From NCBI GenBank assembly GCA_004292675.1, contig RDXO01000017.1:17099-81098 (forward strand): a DNA stretch of 64,000 nucleotides. The letters run 5' to 3'. Under the pieces are notes generated by a model. The model saw only the letters and a list, made by a program, of their open reading frames with translations, was not told the origin of the DNA and ran no database searches. The stretch is from Alphaproteobacteria bacterium. GTDB lineage: Bacteria; Pseudomonadota; Alphaproteobacteria; Rickettsiales; UBA998. A program made the position numbers and the translations under genes. Shown here piece by piece: positions 37,917-45,343 of this stretch (position 1 is the stretch's first letter; every line of letters begins with the position of its first letter).

Positions 37917-38765
37917 TTATTCTGCTAATAATGTACGTAATGATTGTGTGCCTGATCCGCGCCTAGAAGGTTGTTGTTGCGTGTGATGCGGATTCCACCC
38001 CGACATAAATAATAGCTCGATGGTGGCATGAAGGCGATCTTCAGCATCGCTGAAATGTTCGTGATAATATTGTGAAGCATCCATAAATAATTGGGGGGCG
38101 GTGAAATATTTACTTCGTTCTATGAGGGCATTTTGTTCCCCACTTTGACGTAGTTCGTGCAGTAAGGCGTGCAGCGAAGGGTAGCTTATATCTAAAAGAT
38201 CGCTATCAATGACGGGGAGTGCATAGCCCGTGCGTTGCAAGAGCGCGCCTGCATCGCGTACTTCCATAAAAGGTGAGATGCGCGGCGTGATGCCCCCTGT
38301 GCGCTGCATTTCCGCATGGATAAGCGCGATCCGTAGTTCATGCAAGCTACGCGCTCCGTAGGTAACGCATGACATAAGCCCATCAGGGATAAGGGCGTGG
38401 CGCATTTGAATCAACGCCCCAACACAATCATTGAGGTGATGCAGGGTGAGGATGCTGATAATCGCATCAAGGCTATTGGGGGCAAAAGGCAACCATTCTT
38501 CATCGCATAGGATGCGTAGTGAGCTATCATGTGGGAGTCGTTCCGCCACAAGATCAGCAAAGATGCATGTGCCTATATTGGGAAGATTGCGCCACTCAGT
38601 CGAGGTCGCTCCGATGATCACCACGCGCTCAAAATGTTTATTGATGCACATGATGCGATCCATAAGGCGCGCCTCCGCCTCATGATGCACAAAGGGATCA
38701 TGGTGGCAATAGGCAGCACAGCGTTTACGGCGGGAGCGAATAAGGGAACGATCAAACAATATCAT
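37917..38765 (-). CDS. SAM-dependent methyltransferase, NDUFAF5/BioC-like
   Basis: FDR...R.RR.R, DEEWLPF..NSLD, L.ELR.AL..AE...GGI.PRISPF, G.LLQR.G..LPV.D. Confidence 0.85.
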   Translation of the reverse strand: MILFDRSLIRSRRKRCAAYCHHDPFVHHEAEARLMDRIMCINKHFERVVIIGATSTEWRNLPNIGTCIFADLVAERLPHDSSLRILCDEEWLPFAPNSLDAIISILTLHHLNDCVGALIQMRHALIPDGLMSCVTYGARSLHELRIALIHAEMQRTGGITPRISPFMEVRDAGALLQRTGYALPVIDSDLLDISYPSLHALLHELRQSGEQNALIERSKYFTAPQLFMDASQYYHEHFSDAEDRLHATIELLFMSGWNPHHTQQQPSRRGSGTQSLRTLLAE

Positions 38766-38901
38766 ATGTGTCTTTTAGCAAATAATGGGGAGATTGTCAC
38801 GAAGAGACCTCTGCATAACTCTCAGTATGTTTTAATGATTGCATAAATATAAGATCTTTGTACAATCACTGTAGATGAACTATCACGGTAAGGATTGAAC
38901 T

Positions 38902-39633
38902 ATGTCATTTTTCCACTCATTGCGCACACAGTTGCTTGTTCCGTTATATCCTGCGATGCGACACTATGTGTATGCCTTTCTTGCTTTTTCTGCAATCATG
39001 GCATTGGTAGTGCCATCTGTGGGTTGTTGGTTTGTTCCTTTGGCGGTGGCGATCAATTATTTTTACCGTGATCCGCAACGATCTGTACCGCAAGGAGCAG
39101 GATTTGTGGTGGCACATGCTGATGGTATTATTGATCGTATCGAACATGGGGTGTTATTACCTGAAGAAATCCGCACTACCCTACCAGAAGATGTGCAGCA
39201 ACAATCATTTGTGCGTATCTCTATCTATATGAGTTTGTTGGATAATCATATACAGCGTGCGCCTGTTGCGGGTGTGGTGGAGCGTGAGATATTCGTGAAA
39301 GGGATGTATAGCAATGCACAACAGATAGAAGCAGCGCAAAGAAATGAACGCAGCCTTATGGCACTTAAGACGCAGGAAGGGGAATATATCATCTGCTCGC
39401 AAATTGCAGGTGCGATAAGCCGTGTGGTCGTATGCCAAGCCTTTGAGGGGGATGCATTAGAACGCGGTGCGCGCTATGGTATCATCCGGTTTGGTTGCCG
39501 TGCGGAGCTGTTTATTCCGATGAATTATGCCCTATTAGTATCTGAGGGAACAACCGTCCGTGCAGGAGAAACGATCATGGCACTTCATGCGGATGGCTGC
39601 AATATGGGTGCGCTTACGTGGAAGATCGTGTAA
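38902..39633 (+). CDS. Phosphatidylserine decarboxylase paralog with Cys in place of the pyruvoyl-forming Ser
   Basis: FYRDPQR, ISIYMSLLDNHIQRAP, NER, QIAG, YGIIRFGCR. Confidence 0.85.
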   Translation: MSFFHSLRTQLLVPLYPAMRHYVYAFLAFSAIMALVVPSVGCWFVPLAVAINYFYRDPQRSVPQGAGFVVAHADGIIDRIEHGVLLPEEIRTTLPEDVQQQSFVRISIYMSLLDNHIQRAPVAGVVEREIFVKGMYSNAQQIEAAQRNERSLMALKTQEGEYIICSQIAGAISRVVVCQAFEGDALERGARYGIIRFGCRAELFIPMNYALLVSEGTTVRAGETIMALHADGCNMGALTWKIV

Positions 39634-40300
39634 GATGAAAAAATACGGGGGCAATTCCCTGTGCTTCGGCTTTCATCTGATAGCGTGTTGGGTGCCAATC
39701 ACTGGGAGGTGTCGCGCCATCTTCTTGATTCACCCATGTGAAGGCTGATTGCTGAAGGCATTGGTGCGTAATCCATGCCGCATAGTCACGATGATCGGTA
39801 GCAATCCATAGGCTGGCATGAGGGCGCATGATGCGGGCTAAGCGTGCAAATAGTGCAGGGTTGATGATGCGACGTTTATAATGCGCACGCTTGCGCCACG
39901 GATCAGGGAACAGAATATCCACGCGATTGAGATAGCTATCAGGCATCGCATCAAGCAGTGGATGCACATCATGCGGATGCAGTGCGATATTGGGGATTTT
40001 CGCCTCATCGATGCCCCGTAAACATTGGGCAACGCCATTCAAAAAAGGTTCTGCCCCGAGGCATAAAACTTCAGGGTAACGCTGTGCAATGCTCAAAAGA
40101 TGTTCACCACCACCAAAGCCAATTTCTAGCCACACGGCATGATAGGGGGCTGCCCATGCCTCCCATTGCCCATCACTTAGCGGGGTGACGCGTAATTGTG
40201 GCAGGAGATGGTCAATAAGATGCTGTTGTTGATCGGTGAGGGGGCGTGCTTTTACACGCCCGAAGGAGCGCAAGGTGCGCGGATGTTTTAGTATTTGCAT
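39614..40300 (-). CDS. trmB: tRNA (guanine-N7)-methyltransferase
   Basis: LEIGFGGGEHL, GAEPF, FPDPW.K..H.KRR, ATD..DY, TRYQ.KA; ATG 40300 after GGAG. Confidence 0.93.
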   Translation of the reverse strand: MQILKHPRTLRSFGRVKARPLTDQQQHLIDHLLPQLRVTPLSDGQWEAWAAPYHAVWLEIGFGGGEHLLSIAQRYPEVLCLGAEPFLNGVAQCLRGIDEAKIPNIALHPHDVHPLLDAMPDSYLNRVDILFPDPWRKRAHYKRRIINPALFARLARIMRPHASLWIATDHRDYAAWITHQCLQQSAFTWVNQEDGATPPSDWHPTRYQMKAEAQGIAPVFFHLTRSST

Positions 40301-40331
40301 TTTTGTCTCCATGCTAGTACATAGAATATCT

Positions 40332-41069
40332 ATGAAAAATTTAGAAGGAAAAAAAGCACTCATTACGGGTGCATCGGGCGGAATTGGTCTTGCACTCGTT
40401 AAGGCGTTGCAAGAGCAAGGTGCGCATGTGGCAATTTCAGGCACGTCTCAGAGCAAACTGGAGGCGGTGGCGCAGGAACTTGGTGGCGTGGGTGCGGTGC
40501 TTCCCTGCCGTCTTGATGTGGACTCTGAAGTGGCGGCATTGGTTGGGCAAGCAGAGGAAGCACTCGGAGGGCTGGATATTTTAGTGAATAATGCAGGCAT
40601 TACGCGTGATGGCTTAGCTATGCGGATGAAGGATGAAGATTGGGATGCCGTGCTGCATGTGAATCTGGGATCAGCGTTTCGCTTGAGCCGTGCTGCACTT
40701 AAAGGCATGATGAAACAACGCTTTGGACGCATCATCAACATCACTTCTGTGGTGGGCGTGATGGGTAATCCGGGGCAAGCTAATTATTGCGCTTCCAAAG
40801 CGGGTTTAATTGGTATGAGCAAATCCATTGCTGCAGAAGTGGCATCGCGTGGCATCACGGTGAATTGCGTTGCTCCTGGTTTTATCAAAACGCCGATGAC
40901 GGATGCATTAAATGAACAGCAATCAGAGCGCATCACCGCGAATATTCCCGCAGCGACGTTTGGGCTTCCTGAAGATATTGCCCATGCGGTCGCATTTTTG
41001 GCAAGCGAGGGCGCACGCTATATTACAGGGCAGACATTGCATGTCAATGGCGGACTTTTCATGGTGTGA
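40332..41069 (+). CDS. fabG: 3-oxoacyl-ACP reductase
   Basis: TGASGGIG, NNAGITRD, GNPGQANYCASKAG, YITGQTLHVNGG. Confidence 0.95.
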   Translation: MKNLEGKKALITGASGGIGLALVKALQEQGAHVAISGTSQSKLEAVAQELGGVGAVLPCRLDVDSEVAALVGQAEEALGGLDILVNNAGITRDGLAMRMKDEDWDAVLHVNLGSAFRLSRAALKGMMKQRFGRIINITSVVGVMGNPGQANYCASKAGLIGMSKSIAAEVASRGITVNCVAPGFIKTPMTDALNEQQSERITANIPAATFGLPEDIAHAVAFLASEGARYITGQTLHVNGGLFMV

Positions 41070-41081
41070 TGAGTGTGATCT

Positions 41082-41699
41082 ATGCAGGTGAAGCAGTTTC
41101 AATCATTAACATCTGCCTCACCTTTGCGTATTGGTGTGCTGGGGGGGTCGTTCAACCCGCCCCATAGTGGGCATGTGCATCTTGCATTGCACGCACTGAA
41201 AGCCTTGAATCTTGATTATGTGGTGTGGCTGGTGGCGTTGGGCAACCCCTTCAAAGAGGGCAGCGATATGGCATCTTATGCGGTGCGTTATGCACTGACG
41301 CAGCGTATGGTGGGGCATCATCCACGTATGATGGTGACGAACATTGAGCAGCGCATCAAAAAAAACTATACGCGTGATGTGTTGGTGCATCTGCAACGAT
41401 TCATGCCGCAACATCACTTTATTTGGCTGATGGGAGCGGATGGTGCAGCGGGGCTTATGCGATGGCAAAAAGCCCAGCAGATGATGCATCATGTGCCTAT
41501 TGCGATCTTTGATCGTGCGCCTGCAACGCATGGGGCATTGCGTAGTTGTTTTGCGTTGCGTTATCCGTCACAACGTGTGGCGCAACCGAGGCATTTAGGA
41601 CGTAGCGGGACTCCTGCATGGAGTTATGTATTTATGCCACGTCATCCGATGAGTGCGACGTATTTGCGCAAAACACTTGGCACAGACGCGTTTGTGTAG
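41082..41699 (+). CDS. nadD: Nicotinate-nucleotide adenylyltransferase
   Basis: GGSFNPPHSGH (HxGH), WLMGAD, SAT; precedes rsfS. Confidence 0.9.
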   Translation: MQVKQFQSLTSASPLRIGVLGGSFNPPHSGHVHLALHALKALNLDYVVWLVALGNPFKEGSDMASYAVRYALTQRMVGHHPRMMVTNIEQRIKKNYTRDVLVHLQRFMPQHHFIWLMGADGAAGLMRWQKAQQMMHHVPIAIFDRAPATHGALRSCFALRYPSQRVAQPRHLGRSGTPAWSYVFMPRHPMSATYLRKTLGTDAFV

Positions 41700-41703
41700 T
41701 ATA

Positions 41704-42105
41704 ATGATAGTTGATAACATAAGGAGCATTATTATCACAATATCATCTCTTATCTCCGATGTGAGCGCGGTAGAGCGTATCATACTCACATCATTGGATA
41801 ATGATAAAGCGGAACATATTTCGCTTATCAATTTACAAGGCAAAACAGATTTCGCGGATGCTATGATCATCGCCGATGGCAGGTCATCGCGTCATGTCGC
41901 ATCAATGGCAGATAAGATCGCAGATCAACTGAAGCAAGAGGGTATTCCTATTCTTGGTGTTGAAGGTACGGAAACATGCGATTGGGTGCTGATTGATGTT
42001 GGCGATATTGTCGTGCATCTGTTCAAACCTGGTATTCGTGATATTTATCAGTTGGATAAAATGTGGTCACGTATGGTACCCGATGTGGAAATCATGCACG
42101 TATAA
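41704..42105 (+). CDS. rsfS: Ribosome silencing factor (start codon uncertain)
   Basis: LD.DKAE.I, AD.MIIA.G.S.RHV, WVLIDVGDIVVHLF....R..Y.L.KMW. Confidence 0.92.
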   Translation: MIVDNIRSIIITISSLISDVSAVERIILTSLDNDKAEHISLINLQGKTDFADAMIIADGRSSRHVASMADKIADQLKQEGIPILGVEGTETCDWVLIDVGDIVVHLFKPGIRDIYQLDKMWSRMVPDVEIMHV

Positions 42106-42122
42106 TTTACAGGGGTGCAAGG

Positions 42123-42515
42123 ATGAATATACCGATAAATGCAGTCACATGGGTAGAGATTCCCGTGCTTGATCTTGGTCGTGCGGAAGCGTTTTATGGC
42201 GCAGTGTTTGGGTGGACATTTGAACATACCACGATGCATGGCTTGGAAATGGCAATGATTTCTATGTATCCAGAACAATATGGCGCGAGTGGTGCGCTTG
42301 TATGCGGGACGGGATATGTACCCGCACAATATGGTGTGCGTGTTTATCTGCATTGTGATGATGTTACCAACGCACTTGCGCGTGTTGTTTATTATGGTGG
42401 TGGAGTCGTTCTATCCACGACACCCATTGAGCCGTGGGGATTTGTTGGAGAGTTCCTTGATTGTGAAGGTAATCTTATCGCGCTACATTGCCCGCCCCAA
42501 ACAGATCGCGCATAA
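42123..42515 (+). CDS. VOC/glyoxalase family protein
   Basis: WVEIPVLDL.RA..FY..VFG, F.D.EGN.IALH. Confidence 0.88.
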   Translation: MNIPINAVTWVEIPVLDLGRAEAFYGAVFGWTFEHTTMHGLEMAMISMYPEQYGASGALVCGTGYVPAQYGVRVYLHCDDVTNALARVVYYGGGVVLSTTPIEPWGFVGEFLDCEGNLIALHCPPQTDRA

Positions 42516-43559
42516 TCAATGAAGATATTTTTTCGTTAAATCGCCAAGTGATGCTATCAACGCTGTGCCAATATCGCCACCATCCCCCGCAATATCTTGT
42601 TGCAGGATAACGTACATCGCATCCATATGCTTACGGATGACTTGGGCTATTTTATCATGTTCGCCATGCAACTGCACAATCACATCATGCAGAGCATCTG
42701 CCACCTGTGAGGCAAGGTTATAGCCAAAAGTCCCCGCACGTCCTTTGATGCGCAAGGATGCTTGCGCCATCTGCATTTTGGCGGCTTGCGTCTCATGATG
42801 TTCTGTGAAATGGTGATGCGATTCTTCAAGTTGTTTGAGGTCATTCGCAAACCAATGCAGAAAATCACCTTTTGCTTCATAAATGATTTTTTGCGCAAGA
42901 CGCACATTCGCTTCTGAAAATATATCATCAAGATTGACTGATTTGCCAATTTTTTCTTTCAGAGAAAAATCGCGATCCACTAAAAAGACCTCATGTTCTT
43001 TTTGGCCAAGATGGAGTTTATCTTTTGAATATTTCGCAATCGCTGCCTCATCATGTACGCAACGGCGTTCGCCAGAATCGGCATCATAGGGTTCTGTTTT
43101 TCGCCGACGATCAGGACCAATATATTGAGGGCTGACGATAAAAGTGCGGGGGCTTTCGATAACGCGGGTGATTTTCGCGCATAATTGCTTGGCGGTAAAT
43201 GGTTTGACCATGAACTCAGTCATGCCAGTATCGCGGGCATATTCAACATTCCAGCGTTTTGCTTGCGCCGTGAGCATGATAACAGGCACCATCGGATTAG
43301 GTGAATCTTTATCACGACGCACTTTTTGAACAAAATTAATGCCATCCATGGGGGACATCATCCAATCCGTAATGATTAAATCGACATTATGGGCATGAAG
43401 GATATTCAATGCAGCCGTGCCATCGCGTGCGACATGGATGGTGGAAAAACCAAGACTTTTCAATACGCTGCGGATAAGCGTACTCAATTCTTTATCTGGA
43501 TCAATCAACATCACGCTGATGTTGGATAGTTGAACATTTTTACTGCCCACCTTTATCAT
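42516..43559 (-). CDS. Response regulator: CheY-like receiver with Cle-type Arg-rich motif fused to an Hpt-like domain
   Basis: AAGGAG RBS; IITDWMM, MLTA, VKPF; PRTFI..QYIGPDRRR; C-terminal IKGRAGTFGY.LA..VA. Confidence 0.85.
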   Translation of the reverse strand: MIKVGSKNVQLSNISVMLIDPDKELSTLIRSVLKSLGFSTIHVARDGTAALNILHAHNVDLIITDWMMSPMDGINFVQKVRRDKDSPNPMVPVIMLTAQAKRWNVEYARDTGMTEFMVKPFTAKQLCAKITRVIESPRTFIVSPQYIGPDRRRKTEPYDADSGERRCVHDEAAIAKYSKDKLHLGQKEHEVFLVDRDFSLKEKIGKSVNLDDIFSEANVRLAQKIIYEAKGDFLHWFANDLKQLEESHHHFTEHHETQAAKMQMAQASLRIKGRAGTFGYNLASQVADALHDVIVQLHGEHDKIAQVIRKHMDAMYVILQQDIAGDGGDIGTALIASLGDLTKKYLH

Positions 43560-43626
43560 GCGAATACAACTCCTTTATGTATCAAACTGTGCATTGCATA
43601 AGACAGATGATTATTACCATTGAAAT

Positions 43627-43658
43627 ATTATACTATGAGTATGTTAAGAAAATATGAA
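43627..43658 (-). promoter_or_regulatory. CtrA-box-like TTCA-N7-TTAAC, 10 nt spacer, -10 TATAAT
   Basis: Minus strand TTCATATTTTCTTAAC ATACTCATAG TATAAT upstream of ATG 43559. Confidence 0.5.
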
Positions 43659-43685
43659 TGCTTAATAGAGTGCTTTAAGGGGGGG

Positions 43686-44516
43686 TTAACGTACTATAGG
43701 TCGCCATAGGAGAATATCATGATAATAATTCGCATGGGTTTCTGCTACATTCGCCACTAAGGGGGATAGGAGCAGGAGCTTATCATCATCGCAATTTTCA
43801 CTATCATAGGATGCAGCGCAAGCTCGAAAGAGTGTTCCTGCTTGGGTGAACGCGCCTTTGCCGTCAATGCCATGGCTTATTAAGATAAAGGCGGGTAAAT
43901 TTGATGGCGATGTGCCGGAAGCAATATTATTTGGTGCATTGCATATCACGGGCAAGTCTGAGGGCGGTGTGTTTACAGGAATATTATTGGGTAGCTTGCA
44001 TATTACAGGATAATCATTCATCTGCCACGGGCTATAACTACGATAGCCATTGGGATAGACACCCGTAGAGCGAATCATGATATAGGTAATACGACGTTTC
44101 CATGAATCAAAAGCATCATCATCCTTTAGCCCCAATTCGCGCACTGGTACCATGCCAACGATCAGTTGATATTGATCAGGGCTGCCAACAACATTGGGAA
44201 TCATTTGTGTACCATCGAGGGTTACGCTGGGCGTTTGGCATTTGGTGGAACTTCGACCGAAATTGGCTGAATTGAGCGGTACTTCGCGTGATGCAGGGCA
44301 GGGGAGATAATCATGAAATTGTGCATAGAACTGCAAAGACTTCGCAATTTTTTCCATGCGTGTTTGGGTGCTAAGATAGGTTTTTTCTTGGCGTTTTTGT
44401 GATGCGTCACCGAGCAATGATGCCATAAGCAAGGCAAACATTGTCAAGATGATGGACATTTCAATGAGTGAAAAACCTTCGTGATGGTGTCCGCCGTGAT
44501 GGTATGATCTGCGCAT
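43686..44516 (-). CDS. Prepilin-type N-terminal cleavage/methylation domain protein (type IV pilin/pseudopilin-like)
   Basis: G|FSLIE followed by a hydrophobic helix; LPCPA, G.VP..ELGL...D..D.W...I.Y, ISHG.DG.GA. Confidence 0.82.
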   Translation of the reverse strand: MRRSYHHGGHHHEGFSLIEMSIILTMFALLMASLLGDASQKRQEKTYLSTQTRMEKIAKSLQFYAQFHDYLPCPASREVPLNSANFGRSSTKCQTPSVTLDGTQMIPNVVGSPDQYQLIVGMVPVRELGLKDDDAFDSWKRRITYIMIRSTGVYPNGYRSYSPWQMNDYPVICKLPNNIPVNTPPSDLPVICNAPNNIASGTSPSNLPAFILISHGIDGKGAFTQAGTLFRACAASYDSENCDDDKLLLLSPLVANVAETHANYYHDILLWRPIVR

Positions 44517-44537
44517 TCCGTGCCTTCCTAATCATCC

Positions 44538-44569
44538 ATCATATCAAAATTAGATAAAAAATTCTTTAA
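44538..44569 (-). promoter_or_regulatory. CtrA-box-like TTAA-N7-TTTAT, 10 nt spacer, -10 TATGAT
   Basis: Minus strand TTAAAGAATTTTTTAT CTAATTTTGA TATGAT upstream of prepilin ATG 44516. Confidence 0.4.
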
Positions 44570-44730
44570 TGTTGGCGTGGTGGGGTATGAGCGCGGTGAT
44601 GTGCTTCTTCCTCAGGAGTCATGACGCGAATGCGTTTGGGGCGTGCTGTAGGGCGCGACTTCTGCACATAAAGTGCATGGAACAGAACGATGCTCGATGC
44701 CATCGCAAATGAATAGATAATCATAGACAT
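44566..44730 (-). CDS. Small putative membrane-anchored protein (54 aa), below the ORF-track cutoff
   Basis: AAGGGAG RBS; MSMIIYSFAMASSIVLFHALYVQKSRPTARPKRIRVMTPEEEAHHRAHTPPRQH. Confidence 0.5.
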   Translation of the reverse strand: MSMIIYSFAMASSIVLFHALYVQKSRPTARPKRIRVMTPEEEAHHRAHTPPRQH

Positions 44731-44746
44731 AGCGAATCTCCCTTTT

Positions 44747-44894
44747 AGAACCTGCCCCGAATCTCTCTCTTATGGTCTGCAAATGGTGGTTTTTTGCGCT
44801 TACAAAAGCTCATGTACTTCTATGTACTACTTAAGCTACGGTTCTCAAAAACCACCATTTTCGCCTCATAATAAAAAGATTCGTGGCAGGTTCT
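44747..44894. mobile_element. 148-bp palindromic element (RPE/MITE-like)
   Basis: 18-bp terminal IR AGAACCTGCCCCGAATCT / AGATTCGTGGCAGGTTCT (1 mismatch); inner IR AAATGGTGGTTTTT/AAAAACCACCATTT. Confidence 0.8.
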
Positions 44895-45064
44895 TAGCTT
44901 TATTAGTTATGGTGCTGTATAGTCGTTTGACAAAAAAATTACTCATTTTTTATGTCAAGTGCGACTATAATACTATGATTTATAGTGCTTTTTCCATTAT
45001 ATCATGCCGATCAATCGATAATGATATAATGGCAGCACTATAGCCATGAGGATGGCGATCGGTG

Positions 45065-45313
45065 CTATCTCCACCAAGGGCGACCAAGATTGATTTTGCT
45101 CTCATCGGAAAGCCCACCAAGAGCTGCACCGACTCCCGCACCGACCAACATACCTGTTCCCGCTGCGCCCCCAACGGCAGCACCCGCCACGAGTCCCGTA
45201 GCAGCCCCAAGCCCCGCACCGCTAATGGCGCGATCCGCTTGCGTGTGACCGCATGAGGTGGTAATAAAGCTCATGATCCCTAGGCATAAAATAGGTTTAA
45301 TAGATAATTTCAT
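45065..45313 (-). CDS. Small glycine-zipper lipoprotein
   Basis: Lipobox-like TTSC, DRAISGAGLGAATG..GAGVGAALGG, INLGRPWW; alternative GTG start 45322. Confidence 0.82.
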   Translation of the reverse strand: MKLSIKPILCLGIMSFITTSCGHTQADRAISGAGLGAATGLVAGAAVGGAAGTGMLVGAGVGAALGGLSDESKINLGRPWWR

Positions 45314-45343
45314 AGAGTACACCTTAAAAGATTGTGTGTGGGA

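Noticed and set aside
40236-40444. Apparent 200-bp head-to-head overlap of trmB and fabG (similarly aceB/48237 and cheR/cheB)
   Set aside because: Artefact of longest-ORF start calling; homology-consistent starts (40300, 40332, 48226, 48471, 60750) remove the overlaps.
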